From Planctomycetota bacterium (GTDB taxonomy: Bacteria > Planctomycetota > UBA11346), in the NCBI GenBank assembly GCA_038231435.1, contig JBBRLJ010000045.1, positions 1 through 40,210 on the forward strand: a DNA stretch of 40,210 nucleotides, read 5' to 3'. Positions 18,251 to 27,089 of the stretch are shown piece after piece. The position numbers and the translations under genes are program-made. The notes below the pieces were generated by a model. The model had not been told where the DNA came from. It did no database searches and worked only from the letters and a program-made list of their open reading frames with translations. How positions within the stretch are numbered: the first letter of the stretch is position 1; every line of letters starts with the position of its first letter.

Positions 18251-20098
18251 GTGTTCAGCGCCCTCCATCCGGCCTTGCTCGGCGGCCTGTCGCTCGTCGC
18301 GGTGCCGGTGCTCATCCATCTGCTCCTGCGCAAGCGCCCCCGCCCCCGCCCGTGGGCGGCCATGCGCTGGTTGCTCGCGGCGGCGCGCAAGGCGCAGCGC
18401 CAATACCGGCTGACCAATCTCCTGCTGCTGCTCTGCCGCTGCCTGATCGTCGCCGCCATCGCGCTCGCGGTGACGCGGCCGACGCTCGCCGGGCTCGGCG
18501 GCGGCTCGCGCCTGGTGCTGATCGTCGACCGCACCGCGAGCATGGGCGCGCGCGGTGCGGATCCCGGGCCGCTCGCGGCCGCCAAATCGGCACTCGCCCA
18601 GGCCCACCTCGATTACGCGTCGGCGACGCTCATCGCGGTCGATGCCCGCGTCGAGGAGATCGCGCAGGGTTCGCCGCGCACCGTGATCGACGCGTTGTCG
18701 TCGCTCGACACCACCGATCTGCCCGGCGGACTCGACGCGGCCTCGCACGCGCCGGCCGCATCGGACATCCTCGCGCTGTGCGGCCACGGCGCTGACGTGG
18801 TGCTGGTCTCCGACTTCGCCCAGGACGACGGCGCCGCGCTCAGCGCGCTGCTGGCGCCGGCCTGCCGCACGGTCTCGCGCTGGCGCACCGGATCGGCCGC
18901 CGCCAATGCAGCGATCGCCGGCGTCGACGGCATCGGCGAGCAGTCACCGGGCGTGGCGGGGGAGCTGCTCTTGCGCGTCGAGGGACGCGCGTCACAGATC
19001 GCGCTCGCCGTCGACGATGGACCGTTCGTTCCCGCCGGCACCAGCCAGGCTGGCGGAGAACGCTCGACGCTGCGCGTATCCGTTCCGCCGCTACCGCAGG
19101 GCTCGCACCGCCTGCGCGTGCGCCTGAACGACGAATCGCTCGCCTACGACAACCTGCTCGAGCTGCCGATCGTGATCCGTCCGCGCATCGACGTGCTCAC
19201 CGTGCAGCAGGAGCCGGATTTCGTCACCGCCGCGCTGCACGCCGAGGATCGCTCGTTCGCGTTCACCGCATCCAGCCCGGCGCAGTTCCCGGCGCAGGCA
19301 TTGCCGGCGCGCGGCGTGGTCGCGCTGCGCGGCGCGGTCGCGAACGGCGCTCGTCTGCACGACTGGGTCGTGGGCGGTGGGGTGCTGTGGGCCGACGCAC
19401 GGTTGATCGCCGCGGATCCAGCGCTCAAGGATCTCCTGAAAGGCCTCGAATTTGCCGCGGGCTCGGCGCCTGCTTCCACCGCCATGAACATGAAACCGGG
19501 CGGCCCCTACACCAGTGGCGAGGCCGACATCGACGAGGTGCTATCGATCGCCACGGCCAAGCAGGTTCCCGCCGTGTCGCTGCCGCATGACGCCGAGGTG
19601 CTGCTGCGCGCCGGCAAGGAACCGGTGGTGGTCGCCTTGCCGGCCGGACGCGGCTGGGTGGTGGCCGAGCTCGCGGACCTGGCGTCGGACCGCGACCTCG
19701 AGGCGCGGGGCACCGCGCCGCTGTGGGTGGTGCGCACCGCGCGCCGCCTGGCCGCGCGGCTCGACAGCCCGCGCTTCTGGACAGCCGGCCTGCCGGCACC
19801 GGCGGAAGAGAAGCTCACGCGCGCCGGCGAGTCCGCGACCATCGCAGCGGGCGAGGCGCTGATGCTCGCCCCTGGCGCATGGACATCCGAGAAGGGCCCG
19901 ACGGTGGTGGTGCTGCCGAATCCCGACGAAGGCCGCCTCGATCGCCCGACCGCGGTCGGTGTGACCTCGCGCATCGACGACGCGCTGCCGAAGTCGAGCG
20001 GCGCGGATCTCGGACTGCTGCTTGCGATCCTGGCCCTGGTGATCGCCATCGGCGAAGGGCTGTTCGCGGCCTGGGCGGCGAGGACCTATGGCAGTTGA
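18251..20098 (+). CDS. BatA (aerotolerance N-terminal) and vWA domain membrane protein
   Basis: PVLIHLL-RKRPR..W.AMRWL BatA signature; vWA DRTASM and VSDF; C-terminal TM; GTG start. Confidence 0.88.
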   Translation: MFSALHPALLGGLSLVAVPVLIHLLLRKRPRPRPWAAMRWLLAAARKAQRQYRLTNLLLLLCRCLIVAAIALAVTRPTLAGLGGGSRLVLIVDRTASMGARGADPGPLAAAKSALAQAHLDYASATLIAVDARVEEIAQGSPRTVIDALSSLDTTDLPGGLDAASHAPAASDILALCGHGADVVLVSDFAQDDGAALSALLAPACRTVSRWRTGSAAANAAIAGVDGIGEQSPGVAGELLLRVEGRASQIALAVDDGPFVPAGTSQAGGERSTLRVSVPPLPQGSHRLRVRLNDESLAYDNLLELPIVIRPRIDVLTVQQEPDFVTAALHAEDRSFAFTASSPAQFPAQALPARGVVALRGAVANGARLHDWVVGGGVLWADARLIAADPALKDLLKGLEFAAGSAPASTAMNMKPGGPYTSGEADIDEVLSIATAKQVPAVSLPHDAEVLLRAGKEPVVVALPAGRGWVVAELADLASDRDLEARGTAPLWVVRTARRLAARLDSPRFWTAGLPAPAEEKLTRAGESATIAAGEALMLAPGAWTSEKGPTVVVLPNPDEGRLDRPTAVGVTSRIDDALPKSSGADLGLLLAILALVIAIGEGLFAAWAARTYGS

Positions 20099-22415
20099 GA
20101 CCGCTGGGGCAGTTGACGCAGCCGCCGACGTGGCGCCCGCCGCCGGGGATGGCGTGGCCGCGCACGCGGTGTCGCAGACCTTCACCTTCGAGCACCTCGG
20201 CGCCCCGTGGCACACCCTGCTGTTCCTGGTCGTGGCCCTCGCCCTGGCGTGGTGGTCGTGGCGGCGGTACGGCCCGGCGCCCGCCGGAGCCCTGGGAATG
20301 TTCGCGAAGGCCTGCCGCGCTACGGCGCTGGTGCTCGCCGTGGTGATGATCGCCGGACCGGCTTGGCGGCGCACCAGCACCACCGATCTGCCCTACCGCG
20401 CCGTGGTCGCGGTCGATCGTTCGGCCTCGATGGCCCGTCCAGATGGCCCGAAGGGCGCGCCGCGCATCACCGCCGCCGGCGCGCTCGCCTCCGAGCTGCA
20501 ACGCATCGCGAAGGATAATCCATTGCTGGCGATCGAGTACCGATCGATCGGCGGGGTCTCCGGCTCGTTCGCTCCGGCCGAGGCGATCGGCGGCTCGCTG
20601 AGCACCACCGGCGCGACCAGCCCGCTCGCCGACGAGCTCGACCGGCTGGTCGCCGAGAGCCACCCCGATCTGCTGCTGCTGGTCTCCGACGGCCGCGTCA
20701 CCCAAGGCAGCACGCTCGCCGCTGCAGCCACGCGCTGGCGCGTGCGCGATCTCGAGGTGATGGCGCTCGCCACCGGCTCCGAGGCGATCGAGCCCGAACT
20801 GTTCCTCGACGAGATCCTGGTGAATCGCGAGGCGGCGCTGGGCGAGATCGAGCCGGTGGTGGTGCGCCTGAGCGGCCGCGCGCTGCCGCCCGGACCGGTG
20901 ACGGTGACCATGACCTGTGAGGGCGAGCCGCCGGTGACAGCGACCATCGATCCGAGCGCCGGAGGAGATGCGGCACAGGGTACTCAGCAGCCCTCGGCGC
21001 AGCTCTCGGCCCAACTCTCGGCTCAGTTGAAGAGCTTCGAAGTCCGCCTCGAGGAGACCTTCCGGCACGAGGGCACCGCGAAGCTACGCATCATCGCCAG
21101 CACCGGCGCGGGCTCGCGCGCGCTCGCCACCGCGCCGCAGGAGATCTCCATCCAGGTGCGCGAACGCAAGCTCGCGGTGCTGATGCTCGCGCACCGGCCG
21201 TTCTACGAGCTGCGCTACCTGCGCGAGGCGCTCAAGCGCGACAAGACCATGACCGTGCACGCCTATCTGGCCGAAGGCAAATGGCGACGTTGGGGCACTG
21301 ATGGGCCGGACACGCTGCCGCTGGCGCCCGCGGAATTGGCCGCGTACGACGTGGTGATCATCGGTGACCTGGGCCGCGACGCGTTGCGTGACGCCGACCT
21401 CGACCATCTCGAGAAGGCGGTGCGCCACGGCGGCGCCGGGCTGGTGTGGATCGCGGGCGAGACCGGTGCGCTCGCGACCTACGCGTCGTCGCGCATCGCC
21501 GACCTGCTACCCGCGACCCTGCCCGAGGCCACGGCGATCGCGCGCGGCTATCTTGAGGCGCATCCGCGCCGTCTGCACCGCACCGACATCGCCGCCAATC
21601 TCGGCCTGCTCGATCCCTCGACCGCCGACGGTGGGCTCGATTGGCCGCAGCTGCCTGCTTTGCTCGGGGCCGCGCCGCTGACCAAGGCCTCGGTGAAACC
21701 GGGCGCCGAGGTGCTCGCCGAGGACCAGGACGGCAACCCGCTGGTGGTGACCAAGGCCTACCCGAACGGCCGCGCGCTGCTCTTGGGCATCGACGATACC
21801 TGGCGCTGGCGCCGCAACGTCGGCGATCGCTACCTGCACCGCTTCCACAGCCAGCTGCTGCGCTATGCCGCGTCTGGACGGCGCGGTGGCAACCGTTCGT
21901 GGCGCCTGTTCGCGGCTCCGCGGCGCGCGGTGCCGGGCGAGACGGTGAGCATCAACCTGGTGCCCGTCGGCCAGGCCGACTCCTCGCCGCCCGAATCGGT
22001 CGCGGTATCGCTCACCGGTCCCGGGAAGACGCAGCAGCTGGTGCGGCTCGACCGTGATGGCAACGGTTTCAGCGCGCGCGTTGCCGCGCCCGCTCCGGGA
22101 TCGTGGGCGATGGAGGTCGAAGCCGGCGTCGACAGCCGCCAGGTCGATCCCGGCGAGCTCAAGGTGCTCGCCCCCGAGGACGAACTGCGCGATCCACGTC
22201 TCGATCGGCCCGGCCTCGAGGCCTTCGCGAAAGCCACCGGAGGCGCGGTGTACGACGATGCCGCGGCCCTGGTCGCCGCGCTGCCGAAGGATTTGCGCCG
22301 CAGCGACAGCGTGACCAGCACGGTCGGGCTGTGGGATTCGTGGTGGATGCTGGCCGCGCTGGTCACGTTGTTCGGGCTCGAATGGGCGGTGCGCAGGGCG
22401 AATCGACTGCCCTAG
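20088..22415 (+). CDS. vWA plus class-I glutamine amidotransferase-like membrane protein
   Basis: DRSASM, LVSDG, YDVVIIGD, GGAGL, TWRWR and terminal EWAVRR; overlaps the upstream gene. Confidence 0.82.
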   Translation: MAVETAGAVDAAADVAPAAGDGVAAHAVSQTFTFEHLGAPWHTLLFLVVALALAWWSWRRYGPAPAGALGMFAKACRATALVLAVVMIAGPAWRRTSTTDLPYRAVVAVDRSASMARPDGPKGAPRITAAGALASELQRIAKDNPLLAIEYRSIGGVSGSFAPAEAIGGSLSTTGATSPLADELDRLVAESHPDLLLLVSDGRVTQGSTLAAAATRWRVRDLEVMALATGSEAIEPELFLDEILVNREAALGEIEPVVVRLSGRALPPGPVTVTMTCEGEPPVTATIDPSAGGDAAQGTQQPSAQLSAQLSAQLKSFEVRLEETFRHEGTAKLRIIASTGAGSRALATAPQEISIQVRERKLAVLMLAHRPFYELRYLREALKRDKTMTVHAYLAEGKWRRWGTDGPDTLPLAPAELAAYDVVIIGDLGRDALRDADLDHLEKAVRHGGAGLVWIAGETGALATYASSRIADLLPATLPEATAIARGYLEAHPRRLHRTDIAANLGLLDPSTADGGLDWPQLPALLGAAPLTKASVKPGAEVLAEDQDGNPLVVTKAYPNGRALLLGIDDTWRWRRNVGDRYLHRFHSQLLRYAASGRRGGNRSWRLFAAPRRAVPGETVSINLVPVGQADSSPPESVAVSLTGPGKTQQLVRLDRDGNGFSARVAAPAPGSWAMEVEAGVDSRQVDPGELKVLAPEDELRDPRLDRPGLEAFAKATGGAVYDDAAALVAALPKDLRRSDSVTSTVGLWDSWWMLAALVTLFGLEWAVRRANRLP

Positions 22416-22530
22416 GTTGGGGGGCTACGGCCTTCGGCCGGCACATGCCCCAAAGGGCATGTGAGATCGCTGCGCGATCCCCCCAACATCGCGCTCCGCG
22501 CTGCCCCCCAGGAGCCAGGGAGCAGGGTGG
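22416..22530 (+). repeat. Dispersed hairpin repeat, copy 3 (48-nt three-hairpin insertion)
   Basis: GTTGGGGGGCTACGG[CCTTCGGCCGGCACATGCCCCAAAGGGCATGTGAGATCGCTGCGCGAT]CCCCCCAACATCGCGCTCCGCGCTGCCCCCCAGG, starting immediately after the TAG. Confidence 0.9.
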
Positions 22531-22626
22531 GATTGAGCAGGCGTTTCGCGCTGCTGCCGGTCGTACACCCTATGAGAATCGGCCTACCGAATGACTTCGT
22601 GCGGAAACGGTTTTGTTCCCCCGCGT

Positions 22627-23334
22627 TCATTTCGTCGGGTCGGTCACTTTTCCTGGGGTCAGTTCGGGCAGCAGCAGGGGATGTGGCAACGCGGCGAGGG
22701 CGAGGGCGACGGTCGGGGCGTCTGGAGCCTGATTGAAGGCGTACGGCATCGAGTCGATGCGCAGATTGCGCGACTTGCCGGCCACGGTCGTGGGATCGTG
22801 GATGTACATGCGCTCGGCGCGCGAGACGGTGCCGCGCATCAGCAGGCGGACCTGCTCCGCGGGCTTCGGGCCGCCGATCAGTTCGATGACGTTGTCATCC
22901 TTGGTGCGGTGGACGACGGCGCGGTCGGCCACGCCCACGAAGGGATCGCCGCCGCTGCCCGCCGCGACGCCGGCGTGGCGCAAGGTCCCCGAGAGATGCA
23001 CAGGCCCCTCGAGCGTGGTGAGGCTCCCGCCTTCCCGGCGCGCGTATTCGCCATCAGGGGACTCGAGGTAGATGACGCCGTTGTCGAACGGCCGCCGCAC
23101 CTGCAACTTCTTGAACACCAGGCGGTCGAAGCGGTCGCCCTCTTGGGTCAGCTGCTCGGCGTGGATGACGGTGGGCGGAGTACCCGCGTCTCCCCACAGC
23201 TGGAACACCACCTCGCGGGCCCCCGGCTTCATCAGCTCGGTATGGCCGAGGCAGCCGACCGCGGTCAACGACCCCAGCGCGAGGACGCCGGCCCAGGCGG
23301 CGGAGCTATGGCTGGATCGGGCCCATGGACGCAT
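22627..23334 (-). CDS. Hypothetical lipoprotein, beta-rich (possibly LptC/LptA-like)
   Basis: Lipobox-like TAVG-C followed by beta-strand-rich sequence; fold assignment is tentative. Confidence 0.55.
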   Translation of the reverse strand: MRPWARSSHSSAAWAGVLALGSLTAVGCLGHTELMKPGAREVVFQLWGDAGTPPTVIHAEQLTQEGDRFDRLVFKKLQVRRPFDNGVIYLESPDGEYARREGGSLTTLEGPVHLSGTLRHAGVAAGSGGDPFVGVADRAVVHRTKDDNVIELIGGPKPAEQVRLLMRGTVSRAERMYIHDPTTVAGKSRNLRIDSMPYAFNQAPDAPTVALALAALPHPLLLPELTPGKVTDPTK

Positions 23335-23484
23335 GCGAGCTCCGGACGGTTGCCCAGTCAGGATAACGCCTTAGAGGGGTGGCGCCATTGCCCCGACGAG
23401 CCACCGGCGCCCTTGACCGCCCCTGGGTGGTCGCCACACTACCGCCCTTCCAGCGTCCCCCCTTCCGAGCCGATAGGAGCGATC

Positions 23485-23718
23485 GTGAGCGAGATCCGGA
23501 ACAAGGTCATCGAAATCATTGCCGACCGGCTCTCGCGCGACAAGGCGACGATCACCGAGGCGAGCAACGTCGTCGCCGACCTGGGAGCGGACAGCCTGGA
23601 CATCGCCGAGATCATGATGGACCTCGAGGACGCCTTCGGCGTGAAGCTCGAAGAGGACCAGGATCTCAAGACCATCGGCGACATCGTGAAGTACATCGAG
23701 GGCAAGGTCGCCAAGTAG
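23485..23718 (+). CDS. acpP: Acyl carrier protein
   Basis: LGADSLD motif; GTG start with AGGAG RBS; upstream of fabF. Confidence 0.95.
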   Translation: MSEIRNKVIEIIADRLSRDKATITEASNVVADLGADSLDIAEIMMDLEDAFGVKLEEDQDLKTIGDIVKYIEGKVAK

Positions 23719-23820
23719 GCTCCTCGGGCTGCCTGATGCTCGATTACCGACGCCAGCCCAGATCGATGTTGAACCGGCCGACCGGCCGCTGGCAGTAGCC
23801 CACCACAGAGGATCCGCCAG

Positions 23821-25068
23821 ATGGGTCAGCGCAGAGTCGTCGTCACGGGAATGGGAGTCCTGGCCTGCAACGGCCACGACGTGTCCGCGTTTTGGGACGC
23901 GCTCAAGGCGGGCCGCCATGGCATCGTCCCGATCACCACCATCGACGTATCGAACCACGAGACCAAGTTCGGCGGCGTGGTCGCCATCGACAACCAGACC
24001 CTGACCATCGGCGACAAGAAGAACGCGCGCCGCAAGGATCGCTTCGTGCACCTCGCGCTGAAGGCCGCCGCCGAGGCGATGGCCATGAGCGGACTCGACT
24101 ACAAGAATTGGAAAGACCCGTTCCGCGTCGCCACCGTCGTCGGCTCGGGCGTGGGCGGCCTGCAGACCATCGAGGAAGAGGTCAAGGTGCTCAGCACCCG
24201 CGGCCCCTCGCGGGTGAGCCCTTTCCTGGTCCCGAAGATGATCGTCGACAGCGCCGCAGGCGACATCTCGATCATGTACGGCGCCAAGGGCCCCAACTAC
24301 TGCATCACCACCGCGTGCGCCACCGGCTCGCATTGCATCGGCGCCGCCTTCAACCACATCCGCGTCGGCCAGTGCGACGTGGCCATCACCGGCGGCAGCG
24401 AAGCGCCGATCACCGGCCTGGGCATCGCCGGCTTCAACTCGATCGGCGCGCTGTCGCGCCGCAACGACTCGCCCGGCACCGCCAGCCGGCCGTTCGATCT
24501 CGAGCGCGACGGCTTCATCATCGGCGAGGGCGCCGGCATCCTCATCCTCGAGGAGCTCGAGCACGCCAAGGCGCGCGGCGCGGTGATTGTCGGCGAGATC
24601 GTCGGCTACGGCTGCACCGGCGACGCCTTCCACGAGACCCAGCCCGATCCCACCGGCGCCGGCGGCATCGCCTGCATGCGCATGGCCCTGGCCGACGCGC
24701 AGCTGAATCCCGAGCAGCTCGGGTACATCAACGCGCACGGCACCTCGACCAAGTACAACGACGCCGGCGAGACCAAGGTCATCAAGACGGTGTTCGGCGC
24801 GCACGCGGCCAAGCTCCCGGTCTCGAGCACCAAGAGCATGACCGGCCACACCCTGGGCGCGGCCGGCGGCATCGAGGCGATCGCCTCGATCATGGCGCTC
24901 AAGGACGGCATCCTGCCGCCGACCATCAACTATCAGACACCCGATCCGGAATGCGATCTCGACTACATCCCGAATCGCGCGCGCGCGGTGAAGGCCGAGT
25001 ACGCCTTATCGAACAACCTCGGCTTCGGCGGCCACAACGCCTCGGTCATCTTCAGGCGATTCGGCTGA
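23821..25068 (+). CDS. fabF: 3-oxoacyl-ACP synthase II
   Basis: RRVVVTG, TACAT (catalytic Cys), NAHGTST, KSMTGH, GFGGHN. Confidence 0.96.
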   Translation: MGQRRVVVTGMGVLACNGHDVSAFWDALKAGRHGIVPITTIDVSNHETKFGGVVAIDNQTLTIGDKKNARRKDRFVHLALKAAAEAMAMSGLDYKNWKDPFRVATVVGSGVGGLQTIEEEVKVLSTRGPSRVSPFLVPKMIVDSAAGDISIMYGAKGPNYCITTACATGSHCIGAAFNHIRVGQCDVAITGGSEAPITGLGIAGFNSIGALSRRNDSPGTASRPFDLERDGFIIGEGAGILILEELEHAKARGAVIVGEIVGYGCTGDAFHETQPDPTGAGGIACMRMALADAQLNPEQLGYINAHGTSTKYNDAGETKVIKTVFGAHAAKLPVSSTKSMTGHTLGAAGGIEAIASIMALKDGILPPTINYQTPDPECDLDYIPNRARAVKAEYALSNNLGFGGHNASVIFRRFG

Positions 25069-25139
25069 TCGCCGCCGCAGCGGCCACCCGAGCAACGTTC
25101 ACACTCCAAGCCAAAATACCGCACGAAAAGAAGCATCCC

Positions 25140-25451
25140 ATGGATCACAAGCGCATCCGCGAAGAGGTCATCGAGATCCTGGCCAACAAGCTGCACAAGC
25201 TGCCGGCTCCGCCGCCCAGCTGGGAGGATCCCGAGGACGATTTCGACTACGAGGCCCAGGCGCTCAAGCCGGACATCACCGACAACCACCTCGACATCGC
25301 CGAGGTGTCGATGGATCTCGAGGACGCCTTCGGCATCAACTTCGAGGACTCGCTGCCTGGCGACGCCGGCATGGAGACCATCGGCCTGGTTGTGGATTTC
25401 ATTGAGAAGCGCGTGAACAGCGCGCATCAGAAGAAGAAATCCGACGACTGA
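25140..25451 (+). CDS. ACP-like paralog lacking the phosphopantetheine Ser (103 aa)
   Basis: Helices align with the neighbouring AcpP (VIEILANKL; LDIAEVSMDLEDAFG; TIGLVVDFIE), but DSL is replaced by NHL. Confidence 0.85.
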   Translation: MDHKRIREEVIEILANKLHKLPAPPPSWEDPEDDFDYEAQALKPDITDNHLDIAEVSMDLEDAFGINFEDSLPGDAGMETIGLVVDFIEKRVNSAHQKKKSDD

Positions 25452-25488
25452 GGGCGCTGGCCGCCGTCCCGCGCGGCGCGAGCCCGAC

Positions 25489-26169
25489 GTGATGCCGATG
25501 ACCGACGCGCGCGAGGATCTCCCTTCCGACCTGCGCCGGCGCGAGCGCATGGCCCGCGACCAGCTGCGCGAATGCGCGGACGCGCGCGTGGTCGCCGCGA
25601 TGGCAGGCCTGCCGCGCCACTGGTTCCTCCCGATCGGCATGGCCGGCCACGCCTACGACGATTCTGCGGTCGCGATCGGCTGCGGCCAAACCATCAGCCA
25701 GCCACGAGTGGTGGCGATGATGCTCGCGGCGCTGCGCCTGGCTCCTGGCATGCGCGCGCTCGACGTCGGCGCCGGATCCGGCTACGCCACCGTGCTCATC
25801 GATCGCCTGGTGTCGCCCGGCGGCTGCGTCGTCGCGATCGAACGCCAAGGCTCCCTGGTCACCGAGACCGCCGCACGGATCGCCGAACTCGCGCCGCGCT
25901 CGCGCCTGGTCCTCGGTGATGGGCTCGAGGGGTTCCCGCAAAGCGCGCCCTACGACGCCATCCACGTCGCCTGCGCGTGCGAAACCATGCCGGATGCGCT
26001 CGTCGCCCAGCTGTCCATCGGCGGCCGCATGATCCTGCCGCTCGGTCCGCACGCAGGCACACAAGAACTGACGCTGGTCACCAGGACCACCGCAGCGAGC
26101 GAGCGCGCGACCATCAGTCCCGTGCTGTTCGTCCCGGGCCTGCCGGGTGTGATCGACGACGTCTCATGA
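25489..26169 (+). CDS. pcm: Protein-L-isoaspartate O-methyltransferase (start 25489-25498)
   Basis: AYDD, GQTISQP, LDVGAGSGY, APYDAI, QL..GGRMILP. Confidence 0.9.
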   Translation: MMPMTDAREDLPSDLRRRERMARDQLRECADARVVAAMAGLPRHWFLPIGMAGHAYDDSAVAIGCGQTISQPRVVAMMLAALRLAPGMRALDVGAGSGYATVLIDRLVSPGGCVVAIERQGSLVTETAARIAELAPRSRLVLGDGLEGFPQSAPYDAIHVACACETMPDALVAQLSIGGRMILPLGPHAGTQELTLVTRTTAASERATISPVLFVPGLPGVIDDVS

Positions 26170-26223
26170 TGTGCTCGGACGCAGGTCTGCCCGGGCGCGT
26201 CGCTGGCCGCCAGCCCGTGCTGA

Positions 26224-26288
26224 CCGTTTCTTCCTAGGGGGCAGGCCGAAGGCCGATGTCGGGGGGCCGCAGCCCCCCGACCAAGAGC
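26224..26288 (-). repeat. Dispersed hairpin repeat, copy 4 (overlaps 3' end of trpC)
   Basis: Minus strand GTCGGGGGGCTGCGGCCCCCCGAC-ATCGGCCTTCGGCCTGCCCCC-TAGGAAGAAACGG, with compensatory changes relative to the other copies. Confidence 0.85.
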
Positions 26289-27055
26289 TTCCCGCGCAGC
26301 TTCTTGAGCGACGCATCCGGCGTCGTCGCCGTCATCAGCGCCTCGCCGACCAGCACCGCGTCGACGCCGGCTTCCTCAAGGCGCTGGCAGTCCTCGCGCG
26401 TCGAGATGCCGCTCTCGCTGACGATCACCCGGCCTCCGCCCTTGAGGCCGGACATCAGCGCGAAGGTGGTGTCCAGGCTGAGCGAGAAATCCTTGAGATT
26501 GCGGTTGTTGACGCCGATCAGGTCGGCGCCGGCGGCGAGCGCGCGCGCGGCCTCGTCGATGTCGTGGACCTCGACCAGCACATCCAGGCCGAAATCCTTG
26601 GCGAAGCCCTGCAGGTCGCGCAGCTGACCATCGCTCAGGCAGGCGACGATCAGCAGGATCGCGTCGGCGCCGGCCAGCCTGGCCTGGGCGATCTGACGCT
26701 CATCGATGATGAAATCCTTGCGGATGATCGGCAGCGTCACCGCCGCGCGCACGCGCACCAGGTCATCCAGGCTGCCGAAGAAGAACTTCTCGTCGGTGAG
26801 CACGCTGATGCAGTGCGCTCCGCCAAGGACGTACTGGAAGGCGATCAGCACCGGGTCGTAGTCGGGAGCGAAGATGCCGCGCGACGGGCTGCCCTTCTTG
26901 CACTCGGCGATGACGTGCACGGTGTCCTTATCGGGCCGCTGCAACGCCGCGCGGAAACCGCGGCAGGCCGGCAGATCCCGCATGGCGGCGCGATCGAGCG
27001 CAGGCAGGCGCGCGACCTCGATGCGCTTGCGGGCGATGATCTCGTCGAGGATCAT
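26234..27055 (-). CDS. trpC: Indole-3-glycerol phosphate synthase
   Basis: IAECKKGSPS, SVLTD..FF.GS, RKDFI, LVEVH, GVNNRNL, SESGI, LVGEALM. Confidence 0.96.
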   Translation of the reverse strand: MILDEIIARKRIEVARLPALDRAAMRDLPACRGFRAALQRPDKDTVHVIAECKKGSPSRGIFAPDYDPVLIAFQYVLGGAHCISVLTDEKFFFGSLDDLVRVRAAVTLPIIRKDFIIDERQIAQARLAGADAILLIVACLSDGQLRDLQGFAKDFGLDVLVEVHDIDEAARALAAGADLIGVNNRNLKDFSLSLDTTFALMSGLKGGGRVIVSESGISTREDCQRLEEAGVDAVLVGEALMTATTPDASLKKLRGKLLVGGLRPPDIGLRPAP

Positions 27056-27089
27056 CGTGGCATCGTGCGGCGGCGCGCACCGGGACAAG

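Noticed and set aside
22416..22487. Cloverleaf as a tRNA
   Set aside because: No TTC T-loop consensus, D-loop, 7-nt anticodon loop or CCA end; loops are 3-4 nt.
22591..23718. 375-aa ORF ending in ACP
   Set aside because: The upstream portion is antisense to the lipoprotein gene; acpP starts at GTG 23485 with an AGGAG RBS.
23892..25451. 519-aa ORF as a large ACP fusion
   Set aside because: The N-terminal part is an Arg-rich off-frame shadow of fabF; the real gene most likely starts at ATG 25140.
23485..26169. Type II PKS or secondary-metabolite cluster
   Set aside because: The KS is a canonical FabF with Cys-His-His; there is no chain-length factor, cyclase or tailoring gene set.
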